DNA of 64,000 nucleotides from an uncultured Actinomycetota bacterium. Lineage in GTDB: Bacteria; Actinomycetota; Actinomycetes; JAHEKZ01. Where the stretch lies: NCBI GenBank assembly GCA_963743915.1, contig CAVURN010000005.1, positions 1 through 64,000 of the forward strand. Direction: 5' to 3'. The position numbers and the translations under genes were made by a program. Shown here one piece after another: positions 21,872-33,362 of the stretch (within the stretch, counting starts at the first letter, position 1; each line of letters begins with the position of its first letter). A model generated the notes under the pieces. It was not told the origin of the DNA. It made no database searches and saw only the letters and a list, made by a program, of their open reading frames with translations.

Positions 21872-21981
21872 CCCGCACTCGGCGAGCCTGGCGTCAACCA
21901 GCCCCGCACTCGACGGGCTTGCGCGTCAACCAGCCCCGCACTCGGCGGGCCTGGCGTCAACCAGCCCAGCACTCGGCGGGC
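21872..21981 (-). repeat. Inverted array of the same unit, ~31-32 bp (about 3.5 copies)
   Basis: Outermost TGGCGTCAACCAGCCCAGCACTCGGCGGGC matches the reverse complement of the left unit at 29/30. Confidence 0.95.
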
Positions 21982-21983
21982 TG

Positions 21984-22377
21984 TCAGAAGTCGGTGCCCG
22001 AGTGCAGGGTGCGCGGCTGACGGGCGTGCTCGCTGAGCGTGTGAAGACCGGCGACGATGCCGCCGGCGAGGTCGCCGGCCGCGAACGACGAGGTCATCGA
22101 CATCGCACCGAGAGCTGTCGCCCGGTCGTCGAGGTAGCGGGACGCGTGGCCCCGGTCAGGATCTCGAGCTTGCGGTGCGCGGGATCGACGAGGACGACCA
22201 CAGATCGGTCCGCCTGGTCGCCCAGGGCTCCGAGCAGCCGGCGTCCCTGCTCGCGCAGGTCACCGTCGGGGCACCGACGAACACCGAGTAGTGCAGGTCG
22301 CTCTCGGCGTGCGCCTGTGCGATGGCGCGCTCGATCGCCTGCGCCTGGGCTCCGGAGAACGCCTCACCAGCGGGCAC
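21984..22377 (-). CDS. DUF5130/TPM-like protein (CtaI-like; frameshifted)
   Basis: MPAGEAFS..IERAI..YSVFVG; position between pepN and ctaJ-like gene. Confidence 0.65.
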
Positions 22378-22585
22378 TGCAGCCACCACCCTCCTGCAAC
22401 GGCTGCGCCGAGGCGGCCGCGTCGAGGTCACCGCCACCGATCCAGACGGGCTGGGCCCACCAGGAGAGGCCGGGACGGTACTTCGGACTACGGACCCACG
22501 ACGGTGTGAACACCAGCAGCGTCACCACGACGTAGAACGTCAGCGGCAGGAGCACGAACCACCCAAGGACTTCGACCGTGGACAT
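22364..22585 (-). CDS. CtaJ-like small membrane protein (aa3 oxidase supercomplex accessory subunit in mycobacteria)
   Basis: One TM, YRPGLSW..PVW, C-terminal GGCSARW. Confidence 0.7.
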   Translation of the reverse strand: MSTVEVLGWFVLLPLTFYVVVTLLVFTPSWVRSPKYRPGLSWWAQPVWIGGGDLDAAASAQPLQEGGGCSARW

Positions 22586-22619
22586 GGCGCCACGGTAGCC
22601 GAGGTCGGGCCCGGATCGG

Positions 22620-23178
22620 TCAGGCAGGGAGCGCAAGCGGCTGGAAGGCGTTCCGCGCCGCGGACGCGCCAGCGCCTCGCCCGGCGTGGTCGAGCAGGTA
22701 GGGCACCCACGCGGGGTCGGCGCGACCGGCCCCGAGGATGCGCCAGGCCGGGCCCGACCGGCTGGAACGGCGCATGGCGCATGCGCCAGCCGAGGTCGGA
22801 CACGTCGCGGTCCGCCTTGAGGTGGTTGCAGCGACGACAGGCCGACACCACGTTCTCCCACACGTGCAGCCCACCCCGGCTGCGCGGCACCACGTGGTCG
22901 AGGCTCGTCGCGGGCGAGTCGCAGTAGACGCAGCGACCGCCGTCGCGCGCGAAGACGGCACGACGGGTCAGCGGAACGTGGGCCCGGTGCGGCACCCGTA
23001 CGTAGCGGATGAGCCGGACGACGGACGGGACGGGCTCGACCCGTCGTTCGCTACGCGCTACCTGGTCGGTGTGCTCCACCGGGGCGGCCTTCTGCGCAAG
23101 CACCAGCACGAGCGCCCTGCGATCCGGGACGACGCAGAGCGGCTCGAAGGTGGCGTTCAGCACCAGGGCTCGAGACAT
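22620..23178 (-). CDS. HNH endonuclease (Rv2469c-like; frameshift near 22750)
   Basis: LVLNATFEPL, RDGGRCVYC, DHVVPRSRGG..WENVVSACRRCN. Confidence 0.9.
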
Positions 23179-23276
23179 GGCCCCACCAGTGTGACCGGAG
23201 TCGCGCCCGGGGGCCAGCAACTTGCGGTGCAACCTCCTCGGTCGACGCACCCGTGACGGGTCCTAGGGTGGTCGAC

Positions 23277-25377
23277 ATGCCTTCTGACACCGCACGCCCG
23301 GACTACCCGTCGGCCGAGCGCCTCCCCCTGGTCGAGACGTTGCACGGTCACCAGGTGGCCGATCCGTACCGTTGGCTGGAGGACGCCGAGGACGAGCGCA
23401 CGGTGGCGTGGTCGAAGGTCCAGGACGCACTCTTCGCCGAGGCACGAGTCACGTGGCCGGGCCAGGAGCACGTGCGTGCTCGGGTGTCGGACCTCGTCGG
23501 TGCGGGCATGATCACGGTGCCCGTGTGGCGAGGTGATCGCCAGTTCCTCATGCGGCGTACCGCCGAGCAGGAGCACGCCGTGCTGCTGGTCATCGAGGCC
23601 GACGGCACCGAGCGCGTCCTGATCGACCCGATGGAGATCGACGCCTCGGGCACCACGACGCTCGACACCTGGCAGCCGAGCAAGGAAGGGCATCTGCTCG
23701 CCTACCAGCTGTCCGAGGGCGGTACCGAGGAGTCGGTGCTGCGCGTCATGGACGTCACGACCGGCGAGACCGTCGACGGGCCCATCGACCGCGCCCGCTA
23801 CTCCCCGGTGGCCTGGATGGTCGGCGGAGACTCCTACTACTACGTGCGGCGACTCCCGGCCGACCAGGTTCCCGCGGGTGAGGAACAGTTCCACCGTCGC
23901 GTCTGGCTGCACCGGGTCGGCACCGACCCCGACACCGACACCCTGGTCTTCGGTGAGGGCAAGGACGCCACCAACTACTACGGCGTCACGGTCAGCCGCG
24001 ACGGCCGGTGGATGTCCATCACGGCCGCCGCCGGCACCGAGCCGCGCAACGACCTCTGGGTGGCGGACCTCACGGCGTCCCGCCCCGATGCCCCCGCGCT
24101 CGTCACCGTGCAGGAAGGTGTCGACGCCCAGACGTCACTGCAGTTCGGGCGGGACGGTCTGATCTACGCGTACACGAACCTGGACGCCCCCCGGGGCCGG
24201 ATCCTGGTGAGTGAGCCCGGTGTCTGGACCATCGACACCTGGCGCGAGCTGGTGCCGGAGGACGCCGAGGCTGTCCTCGAGGGATGGTCCGTGCTCGACG
24301 GTGACGAGCTGGCCGACCCGGTCCTGCTGGTCGCCCGCAGCGCCCACGCCGTCGGACGCATCCACCGGCACGACCTGCGCACCGGAGCCGAGACCGGATC
24401 GGTCCCGATGCCCGGTCTCGGCACCGTCGCCGGGATGAGCGACCGGCCCGAGGGGGGGCACGAGGCGTGGTTCGGCTACACCGACCACACCACGCCGGCG
24501 TCGGTGTACCACTACGACGCCCGCACGGACGAGACGACGCTCTGGGCAACCGCCCCAGGCTCGGTCGAGGTACCGCCCGTGACCGCGGAACAGGTGGTGT
24601 ACGCGTCCAAGGACGGGACCGAGGTTCGGATGTTCGTGCTGCGCCGCTCCGACGCACCTTCGTCTCCGGCGCCGACCATCCTCAACGGGTACGGCGGTTT
24701 CGGCGTCGCCCTGACCCCCGCGTACTCCGCCACCATCCTCGCGTGGGTCGAGGCAGGGGGCGTCTACGCGGTCGCGAACCTGCGCGGTGGCGGCGAAGAG
24801 GGCGAGCAGTGGCACCGCGACGGCATGCGGGACACCAAGCAGAACGTCTTCGACGACTTCCACGCTGCCGCTGAGTGGTTGGTGGCCCATGGCGTCACCA
24901 CGCCGCGAGCAGCTGACGATCTCGGGTGGCTCCAACGGCGGGCTGCTGGTCGGTGCGGCGCTCACTCAACGCCCGGACCTGTACGCCGCCGTCATCTGCG
25001 CCGCTCCGCTGCTCGACATGGTGCGGTACGAGCAGCACGGACTCGGACAGACCTGGTCCGACGAGTACGGCACGGCGTCGGACGCCACCGAGCTCGAGTG
25101 GCTGCTCGGCTACTCGCCCTACCACCACGTCCGTGACGGCGTCGACTATCCGGCGACCTTGTTCACCGTCTTCGACGGTGACACGCGCGTCGATCCGCTC
25201 CATGCGCGCAAGATGGCCGCCGCCCTGCAGCACGCGACGTCCGGAGTGCGGCCGATCCTGGTCCGACGCGAGTCGGACGTCGGTCACGGAGCACGCGCGG
25301 TGACCCGAGCCGTCGAGCTCTCGGTCGACACCCTGACCTTCGCCGCGGCCCAGACCGGCCTCCGCTGGGACGCCTGA
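23277..25377 (+). CDS. Prolyl oligopeptidase S9A (frameshift near 24905)
   Basis: DPYRWLED, GYGGF, NLRGGGE, GGSNGG, DTRV, GHG. Confidence 0.92.
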
Positions 25378-25397
25378 CCCAGTAGCGTTCTCCTACG

Positions 25398-26333
25398 ATG
25401 CTGATCCCGCGAACGCTGATGCCACGGGCTGAGAGCACCTCGGAGCAGGTGGTCAGCTGGCTCGACGACACCGTGCTCGGCTCCGTCGTCGTCGTGGTCG
25501 TCGTTCTTCTGCTCGCTCTGCTGGCCCGTTGGCTGTGGCACCGCTTCGTCCGCAGGACCACGGTGACCTTCACCAAGTCGGCGGTGACGCGCTACCTGTC
25601 CGGCGACAAGGACTCACCGCGCGAGCGCGAGATGGCGATCGAGCGGTATCGCGCCAGGGCGGCAGCAGTCGCGTCCCTGATGATGTCGGTCGGCACGTTC
25701 GTCATCGCTGCCGTGGCCATCCTGTTTGCACTGAGCTCGATCGGCATCAACATCGCGCCGCTCCTGGCCAGTGCGGGAATCGCCGGTATCGCCATCGGCT
25801 TCGGTGCGCAGACGATCGTGCGCGATTTTCTGTCCGGCGTCTTCATGATCCTGGAGAACCAGTACGGAGTCGGCGATGTCGTGACGATCAACGGCATCAC
25901 CGGGACCGTCGAGGACGTCGGCCTGCGCATCACGACGGTCCGCGACTTCGACGGGACCGTCTGGTACGTCACCAACGGCTCGGTCACCGAGCTCGGCAAC
26001 CGCAGCCAGGGATGGTCCGTGGCTGTCGTCGATGTGCCGGTGGGGCACGGCGCTGACCTCGAGCAGGCCAAGTCCGTCCTCGTCACGACCGTGACCGAGC
26101 TGCAGCAGGACGGGGCATGGGCCAATCGGATCATGCCCGACGAACCGGTGGTCGGTGTCGAGTCGATCACCGCGACCGCCGTCACGATCCGGATCCGGCT
26201 TCACACCGTGCACGAGCAGCAGGTCTCCGTCGCTCGTGAGCTCCGCGTCCGCGCTGTGAAGGCGTTGGAGGCGGCGAGCATCCCCCTCCCGAACCCGACG
26301 CAGAACCCTCTTGCGGAGCCGGACGCCCCGTAG
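25398..26333 (+). CDS. Small-conductance mechanosensitive channel (MscS family)
   Basis: LASAGIAGIAIGFGAQ..DFLSG, GTVEDVGLRIT. Confidence 0.92.
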   Translation: MLIPRTLMPRAESTSEQVVSWLDDTVLGSVVVVVVVLLLALLARWLWHRFVRRTTVTFTKSAVTRYLSGDKDSPREREMAIERYRARAAAVASLMMSVGTFVIAAVAILFALSSIGINIAPLLASAGIAGIAIGFGAQTIVRDFLSGVFMILENQYGVGDVVTINGITGTVEDVGLRITTVRDFDGTVWYVTNGSVTELGNRSQGWSVAVVDVPVGHGADLEQAKSVLVTTVTELQQDGAWANRIMPDEPVVGVESITATAVTIRIRLHTVHEQQVSVARELRVRAVKALEAASIPLPNPTQNPLAEPDAP

Positions 26334-26336
26334 ACG

Positions 26337-26993
26337 TCAGGTGCCGTGTCGCAGCCGCTTGGCGTACTTGTCCCAGGGGCGCTGAATCAACAGCGGGAAC
26401 AGCAACCGCACGGGTGTCGGCAGATGTCCCTTCATGTACGCCTTGTCCGTGTCGTTCAGGGGTTCGAGAAGCAGGCCGAACGCGACCGGCATCATGTTCT
26501 TCGGGATCCCGGCCTGCGAGTGCTCTGCCACTGCGCCCCACTCCTCTTCCGTGAGAGTCACGGCCGCCAAGGGCACGACCTTCTGCTCCTCGTCGTCGAG
26601 GTGGGGTTGCAGCACGATGTTGAGAGCCTCGAGCGAGGCGGCCAGCCGTTCGCCGGTGTCGGCTGACGGGGCGCGGCGCCAGGCCGAGCAGGACTCGGAG
26701 ACGGCGTCGATCGCGCCGTTCACCTCGACGTGCTGATGACCGACTTCATCGACCATCGTGAGCTGATCCGGCGCCCGCTCAGCCAACAGCGGATACAGCA
26801 GCAGGTCCTCGCTCTCGTGGTGGTGGTGCAACATCATGACGATGAAGTCGATGTGGTCGCCCAGGAACTGCACTCGATTCGCTGAAGGCATGGGGTCAGC
26901 GCGCACGAGTTGCGCCGACTCCTCAAAAGCTCTCCTGAACGTCGTGTGCACGATCGCCATGTCTCGGACCTCGATGGGCTCAGCTGCGGACAT
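26337..26993 (-). CDS. Hemerythrin-like domain protein
   Basis: H..., HHHHESED, QH, HLDDEE metal motifs. Confidence 0.85.
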   Translation of the reverse strand: MSAAEPIEVRDMAIVHTTFRRAFEESAQLVRADPMPSANRVQFLGDHIDFIVMMLHHHHESEDLLLYPLLAERAPDQLTMVDEVGHQHVEVNGAIDAVSESCSAWRRAPSADTGERLAASLEALNIVLQPHLDDEEQKVVPLAAVTLTEEEWGAVAEHSQAGIPKNMMPVAFGLLLEPLNDTDKAYMKGHLPTPVRLLFPLLIQRPWDKYAKRLRHGT

Positions 26994-27082
26994 GTTGCGG
27001 CCTCTCCGTGGGGGTATCGCCGATGACGTTGATCGTGTCGGAAGCAGCGGAGATTGACCAGGGAGTGCACCGGACGAGAAAG

Positions 27083-27135
27083 GGCGGCGGGTCGGGTCGC
27101 ACCGAGGAGGGTGGTGCTGACCCGACGCCGCCGCC
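27083..27135. other. GC-rich imperfect hairpin between divergent hemerythrin and globin genes
   Basis: GGCGGCGG-GTCGGGTC-GCACC ... GGTGC-T-GACCCGAC-G-CCGCCGCC. Confidence 0.55.
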
Positions 27136-27261
27136 GAGGGGATCCGCGCCGACCGCGTTGCGGAGAGTCGTGGTCGGACCGATCCGGATCCCTTGCCCGT
27201 TCACCCCTGTCATCGGTCCCACACGTACGGCGGCTTAGCCACCCCTGGAAGAATCACCCGC

Positions 27262-27672
27262 GTGGACGCATCGACCCCCTCGCTGTACGACCGGATCGGC
27301 GGTACGGACGCCTTCCGGCGCCTCGTCGAGGTGTTCTACGCCGGAGTGGCTGACGACCCAGTCCTGCGACCGCTCTACCCCGAGCAGGACCTAGGCCCGG
27401 CGGCCGACCGCCTCCGCATGTTCCTCGAGCAGTACTGGGGCGGCCCCCGCACCTACTCCGACCAGCGCGGTCACCCGCGGCTGCGGATGCGGCATGCCCC
27501 CTACCGGGTGGACGCCGACGCGCGCGACCGGTGGTTGGCCCACATGCGCGCCGGGGTGGACGCCCTCGAGCTCGACGCCGACACCGACGCAGAGCTGTGG
27601 GGCTACCTGCAGATGGCCGCCCACTCCTTGGTGAACACCGACACGCCGGGTGTGGTCAGCCCCGAGCTCTGA
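27262..27672 (+). CDS. glbO: Group II truncated hemoglobin
   Basis: [27 protein letters not shown]. Confidence 0.93.
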   Translation: MDASTPSLYDRIGGTDAFRRLVEVFYAGVADDPVLRPLYPEQDLGPAADRLRMFLEQYWGGPRTYSDQRGHPRLRMRHAPYRVDADARDRWLAHMRAGVDALELDADTDAELWGYLQMAAHSLVNTDTPGVVSPEL

Positions 27673-28924
27673 CCACACCGAGCCGGTCACTGCCGACGCC
27701 GGGGAACACCGTTGAGATCTCCGACCCCTCGCACCGCTTCTCGAGGATCTCGGCCAGGATCTGTCGGTAGTCGGTCGTGCCGGCCAGGTCACCCCCGGCG
27801 AGGGCCCCTGGCTCGAGGGTCGGCCACGTGCCGTGGACCTGTCCGCCCTGCACCCCACCACCGAGCAGAAGCACGGCCTGGCCGTGTCCGTGGTCGACGC
27901 CACCCGAGCCGTTCTCGACCAGACTCCGACCGAACTCGGTGAGCGTGACGAGGGTGACGTCGCCGAGCTTGGGACCCAGATCGGTCGCGAAGGCATCGAG
28001 GCTCCTGGACAGCTCGTCGAGCTTGTCGTACAGCCACCCGGACTGGACCGTTCCCATGTCCGTGTGCATGTCCCAGTCGCCGTAGTCAACAGCGGCGACC
28101 TGCAGCCCCACGCCCGCCTTGACGACGCGCGCCACGTCACGCAGCGCCCGCCCGAGGTCGGTGTTCGGGTAGTTGGCGGCCGGTGTGTAGCCGGCGTCCT
28201 GCATCTGGGCCGCGCCGGACAGGGCGGACAGTGTGGTCGCCGCGGGCACCCCAAGGGCAGGGGGCGCACCCTCGTGCAGACCGGTCAAGGCATCACCCCA
28301 GCGTCGCCGCTCGTCGGCGTCCCAGGCCCCCGACAGCTCGAAGTCGTCGACCGACCACATGGCCAGCTCGGGAGACGGGCCGCGGAAGGCAGGGGCCGCC
28401 ATCCCGCTCCCGAGCTGGACCGCTTGGAAGGCCGTTCCGGAGTCCCGAAGGCCGAGCGTCCGGTCCAGCCACCCCGTCCGGGTGGAGGTGCCGGGAGCGG
28501 CCCGTTCGAGCTCCTCCATGGCCTCGAAGTGCGAGCGCGTCGGGTTGGTCATGCCGACGGCCTGCACGGCCCCGAAATGACCGCTGTCCCACCACGGCTT
28601 GAGCGGCGCCATCGCCGGGTGCAGCCCGAACATCGCGTCCAGCGGCAGCAGGGCGTTCTGCGGGATGGCGATCGTCGGACGCGCCTGCCGGTAGCGGGGG
28701 TCTCCGGTCGGCACGATCGTGTTGAGGCCGTCCAGGCCGCCGCGCAGGGACAGCACGACGAGCACGTCGCCGGTGTAGGGACCGGCCGCGAAGGCCATCC
28801 GCGTCGACAGCGTGGTCGTGGCCAGACCTGCCAGCGCCCCCACCGCGCCCAGACCGCGCAGGAAGGAGCGCCGGGAGACTCCGGAGCAGTCGCAGCTCTC
28901 GGTGGTGGACGGTGTGCGGGCCAT
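27656..28924 (-). CDS. DUF1501 protein with Tat signal
   Basis: [31 protein letters not shown]. Confidence 0.88.
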   Translation of the reverse strand: MARTPSTTESCDCSGVSRRSFLRGLGAVGALAGLATTTLSTRMAFAAGPYTGDVLVVLSLRGGLDGLNTIVPTGDPRYRQARPTIAIPQNALLPLDAMFGLHPAMAPLKPWWDSGHFGAVQAVGMTNPTRSHFEAMEELERAAPGTSTRTGWLDRTLGLRDSGTAFQAVQLGSGMAAPAFRGPSPELAMWSVDDFELSGAWDADERRRWGDALTGLHEGAPPALGVPAATTLSALSGAAQMQDAGYTPAANYPNTDLGRALRDVARVVKAGVGLQVAAVDYGDWDMHTDMGTVQSGWLYDKLDELSRSLDAFATDLGPKLGDVTLVTLTEFGRSLVENGSGGVDHGHGQAVLLLGGGVQGGQVHGTWPTLEPGALAGGDLAGTTDYRQILAEILEKRCEGSEISTVFPGVGSDRLGVVRARG

Positions 28925-28929
28925 GACGA

Positions 28930-30454
28930 TCACCTGATCCCGTGGTACGGGGAGTCGAGGATCAGGGCCACGAGGTAGGGCAGTCGCCACCCCACCGCCT
29001 CCGAGCCGCTCGTCACCGGGTCGGTTGCCGCGCGACCGAGGAAGCCGAGCACGGCCTGGCGGTGCGCGGGTGCCAGGGTGCGGAAGACGAGCCGCTGCGC
29101 CAGCGCGTCCACGAGCGCCCCGTGCGTACGCGGGAGTCGGTCAGGGAGCAGCGAGCGCAGCGGCGGCTGGGTGAGCTCGTCCGGCCACCAGTGCGCCGCC
29201 AGGGACAGGTGCGTGTTCCAGCGACCGAGCGTCACCCCGGCGGACTGCCACGACGAGGCGACGTCCGGGTACCCGTCGGGTGGTGACCAGGCGAGCGGCT
29301 GCTGTCCGAGGCCGTCGGCGATCCACACCAACGCCTGCATGCCCGCACGCCCACGCTTGTCGGGCCGGTATCCGAGGACGCGAAGGGTGGCGACGAGGTC
29401 CTCGAACGGACGCCGGGTCTTCTCGCCCAGCGAAGCGGCGAACTCGGGGCTGCGGAAGAGCTTGCGGAGCACGGGCGTGATGGCGGTCCCCGAGGCGAGA
29501 TAGGTCGCTGCCAGTCGGTTGACCAATGCAGGGTCCGGGTCGTCCGCGACGAAGCGCACACACAGCTTGTGGGCGAGGTGGTGCGCCGTGGAGGGGTGGT
29601 TGGCCAGGTACTTCAGGTAACGGATGCCCATCGCGTAGCCGTCGGCGTCCGGATTCGGGTCCGAGAACCCCATCACGGTGACCGGCCCCCGGTAGTGCTC
29701 CCGCGCGGTGTACTGGAACGTCCCTTGGGTCCAGTTGATCCCGAACCCGGTCATGATCAGCGTCGAGTTGCGCATGTCCGCCTCGTCGTACCCGCCATCG
29801 ACACTGACCGAGTGCAGCTCGAGCAGCTCACGCCCGTAGTTCTCGTTCGGGTTCTCCTTGGTCGAGTCGGCGTTGTTCAGGTAGAGAAGCATCGCCGGGT
29901 GCGTCGCGCTCGCGATGAGCATGTCCTCGAAGCGCCCCAGTGCATGGCGTCGGATCACGCGCCGGTCGTAGTCCTGGCGGTTGTCCCACACCCGGTCGCT
30001 CGGGTTGGTGACATTGAGGTGGTTGGACCAGAAGTCACACATGACCTCGAAGAGCTGTCGCTTGCTCCATGTCGCCCGGGCCACCGTCGCCATGGAGAGC
30101 TCGAACATGAGATCCCAGGAGAAGGGTTCGAGGCCGTCGCGCGCCTCGGGGATCGTCCACCCGACCCGCGGGAACCGTGTCCGGATCAGCTCGGTCGCAT
30201 GCGGAGTCGTCGATGCTTGCCGGCCTGAGCTGCTGGTCGAGCCACTCCCGCCGTCCCAGGCGCTTGATCCGCGACACGGTGGACGGGGTGGCACCGTACG
30301 TCGCCCGTCGCAGCAGGTGCAGGTCCTGGTTGTTGCTGACGAAGTCGGCCCCCGTCCCGGCCGCGGACGCGACGCCAGCCGCCAGCGGCAGCGTGGCCGC
30401 ACCGGCCCCGGCTGCCGCCAAGCCGAGCACGTGGCGTCGGGTGAGCGTGGTCAT
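28930..30454 (-). CDS. DUF1800 protein with Tat signal (frameshift near 30195)
   Basis: TRRHVL, HLLRRATYG, DFWSNH, PNENYGRELLELH. Confidence 0.88.
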
Positions 30455-30588
30455 GACTGCCTGTCGTCCCCGCAGGACGGCGTCCTTGACGTTTCGGGCC
30501 ATCCGTCACCCGATCGGACTCGTGCATGTGGGCTATGGAGCCCGGTTCACCCCATTTCGAACGTCCGAGACGCCCAACGATCCTGAGG

Positions 30589-31224
30589 TCAGGGAAGTGG
30601 CAGGACCGGGATCGACGGCAGCAGGCCTCGACGAGCAGCGACGCTGCCCCCGGGCACCGCCAGCCGCGTCCAGGTGTCGGTCGAGTACGCCACTGCGACC
30701 CCGTCGGCCGGGCCCATCAGCCCCAAGGACTCGGCTGCGTGCGCCGCGCGCACCGGCACCTCGGCCAAGCACGTTCGTTCCCAGACGTCGTGGGCGATCT
30801 GCTCGAGCGCAGCCCTGTCGGTGACGCCCTCCGCGCGCTCGTGGAAGAAGTGCTTGGCCATCTCCACTGCTGCACGCACGTTCCCCACGTCGCCTCGCAG
30901 TCGCTCCTCCCAACCACTGCGCGGAGGGAGCAGGCCCACCCAGGTCGGTCCGCTGACCGAGGCAGGGATCTCGAGGACGAGTCCCTTGCGTGCACGCTCG
31001 AGCAGGCGCTGGGCGGACACTGTGGTGTCCAGCCGGATCGGCTCACCCAGGGCGACCGGTCGGAGCGCCACCACTTCGAAGGGTGGCCCGCTCCACACGC
31101 CGAGAACCGTCCCCCCAGCCTGCAGTCGGACGGCCGCCCGGTTGTCCAGGGCGACGAGCCGCTCGAGGTACTGAACGAGACCCTGCCGGTCGACCTCGTC
31201 GGCGACCACGACGTGGTTGCTCAT
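30589..31224 (-). CDS. Conserved actinobacterial hypothetical protein (Rv2474c-like)
   Basis: AAVRLQ, WVGLLPPRSGW, AAHAAESLG; position after thioesterase. Confidence 0.65.
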   Translation of the reverse strand: MSNHVVVADEVDRQGLVQYLERLVALDNRAAVRLQAGGTVLGVWSGPPFEVVALRPVALGEPIRLDTTVSAQRLLERARKGLVLEIPASVSGPTWVGLLPPRSGWEERLRGDVGNVRAAVEMAKHFFHERAEGVTDRAALEQIAHDVWERTCLAEVPVRAAHAAESLGLMGPADGVAVAYSTDTWTRLAVPGGSVAARRGLLPSIPVLPLP

Positions 31225-31634
31225 GGCTCGAGGAAGGGTTCGAGGGCGGCCCGCTCCTCGGTCGACAACCGGCGGGGGCGCTCAGCAGAGACGTCGTACG
31301 GGACCAGCACGGTCGCAGCCTCGGCGTACACCGGCCCACCGTCGTCGCACACCTCGTAGCGAACAGTGAACGACGAATTGCCCAGTCGTGACACCCACAC
31401 GTCGATCGGGACCGGCTCAGGTCGAAACACCAGGGGTGCCTTGTAGTCGATCTCGTGCCGCGCAACCACGATGCCCGACGACAGGCGCTCGCGCGCTACC
31501 TCCTCACCGGCGTGGACGAAGAGCAGGTCGACCCGAGCCTCCTCGAGGTAGGTGAAGAACCGGGTGTTGTTGACGTGGCCGAACGCGTCCATGTCCGACC
31601 ATCGCAAGGAGCAGAGAAAGCGGTGCCGCGCCAT
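31221..31634 (-). CDS. Acyl-CoA thioesterase (hotdog, 4HBT-like)
   Basis: RWSDMDAFGHVNN..YLEEAR. Confidence 0.9.
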   Translation of the reverse strand: MARHRFLCSLRWSDMDAFGHVNNTRFFTYLEEARVDLLFVHAGEEVARERLSSGIVVARHEIDYKAPLVFRPEPVPIDVWVSRLGNSSFTVRYEVCDDGGPVYAEAATVLVPYDVSAERPRRLSTEERAALEPFLEP

Positions 31635-31638
31635 CCGA

Positions 31639-33310
31639 TCAGCCGCGGGTGAGCTTGCGGTACGTGGTGCGGTGCGGGCGTGCCGCCTCGGCCCCGAGCC
31701 GCTCGATCTTGTTCTTCTCGTACGAGTCGAAGTTGCCCTCGAACCAGAACCACTGCGAGTCACCCTCGTACGCGAGGATGTGCGTGGCGACGCGGTCGAG
31801 GAACCAACGGTCGTGCGAGGTGATCACGGCGCAGCCGGGGAACTCCAGCAAGGGCGTCCTCGAGACTCGCCAGGGTCTCGACGTCGAGGTCGTTGGTCGG
31901 CTCGTCGAGCAGCAGCACGTTGCCGCCCTGCTTGAGCGTCAGCGCCAGGTTGAGGCGGTTCCGCTCTCCGCCGGAGAGCACCTTGGCCGGCTTCTGCTGG
32001 TCCGGACCCTTGAAACCGAACGCTGCCACGTAGGCGCGGGACGGCATCTCGACGTTGCCGACCTTGATCCAGTCGAGCCCGTCGGACACCACCTCGAAGA
32101 GGGTCTTGTCGCCGTCGAGCCCGGAACGCCCCTGGTCGACGTATGAGATCTTGACGGTCTCGCCTACCTTGATCTCGCCGCCGTCCGGCTTCTCCTCGTC
32201 GACGATCATGCGGAACAACGTGGTCTTGCCGACGCCGTTCGGCCCGATGACTCCGACGATCCCATTGCGGGGCAGTGTGAAGGACAGGCCGTCGAAGAGC
32301 AGCCGCTCGTCGAAGCCCTTGACCAGGTCGTGCGCCTCGATGACGGTGCTGCCCAGACGCGGACCCGGTGGGATCTGGATCTCCTCGAAGTCGAGCTTGC
32401 GGTGCTTGTCGGCCTCGGCTGCCATCTCCTCATACCGGTCCAGACGCGCCTTGCTCTTGGTCTGCCTCGCCTTCGCGTTCGACCGCACCCACTCGAGCTC
32501 GTCCTGCAGGCGCTTCTTGCGCTTGGCGTCCTTCTGACCCTCGACCTTCAGCCGGGCGGCCTTCGCCTCGAGGTAGGTGGAGTAGTTGCCCTCGTACGGG
32601 TAGGCCCGACCGCGGTCGAGTTCGAGGATCCACTGCGCGACGTTGTCGAGGAAGTACCGGTCGTGGGTGACCGCGACGACAGTGCCCGGATACTTCTCGA
32701 GGTGCTGCTCGAGCCACAGCACGCTCTCGGCGTCGAGATGGTTGGTGGGCTCGTCGAGCAGCAGCAGATCGGGTTGCTGGAGCAGCAGCTTGCAGAGCGC
32801 CACACGTCGTCGTTCACCACCGGAGAGGATGGTGACGTCGGCGTCCGGCGGGGGGCAGCGCAGTGCGTCCATCGCCTGCTCGAGCTGTGAGTCGAGGTCC
32901 CAGGCGTTGCGGTGGTCGAGCTGCTCCTGCAGGGTGCCCATCTCAGCCATCAGCGCGTCGAAGTCGGCGTCCGGCTCGGCCATCTGCTGCGAGATCTCGT
33001 TGAACCGGTCGAGCATCCCCTTGGTCTCGGCGACGCCTTCCTGCACGTTCTCGAGGACGTTCTTGTCCGGGTTCAGCTCGGGCTCCTGCAGCAGGATGCC
33101 CACCGTGTATCCGGGGGTGAGCATGGCGTCACCGTTGGAGGGCTGGTCCAGGCCCGCCATGATCTTCAGCACGCTCGACTTGCCGGCCCCGTTCGGGCCG
33201 ACGACACCGATCTTGGCGCCGGGGTAGAACGCCAGGGTCACGTTGTCGAGGATGACCTTGTCGCCGTGCGCCTTGCGCGCCTTGGACATGGTGTAGATGA
33301 ACTCAGCCAT
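31639..33310 (-). CDS. ettA: ABC-F translational throttle EttA (frameshift near 31850)
   Basis: MAEFIYTM, two Walker A/LSGGE/DEPTN sets, C-terminal FPGCAVITSHDRWFLDR. Confidence 0.95.
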
Positions 33311-33362
33311 GTCGGGAAGCCTAACGAGCGGCGTCCCGCCCGCTCTGGCCGGTGTGCCGGCG

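Noticed and set aside
22620-23178. HNH gene as a mobile or defence nuclease
   Set aside because: Resembles the conserved Rv2469c-type gene in its usual neighbourhood.
31760-31900. Programmed frameshift in ettA
   Set aside because: No slippery motif, and similar indels occur throughout the window.
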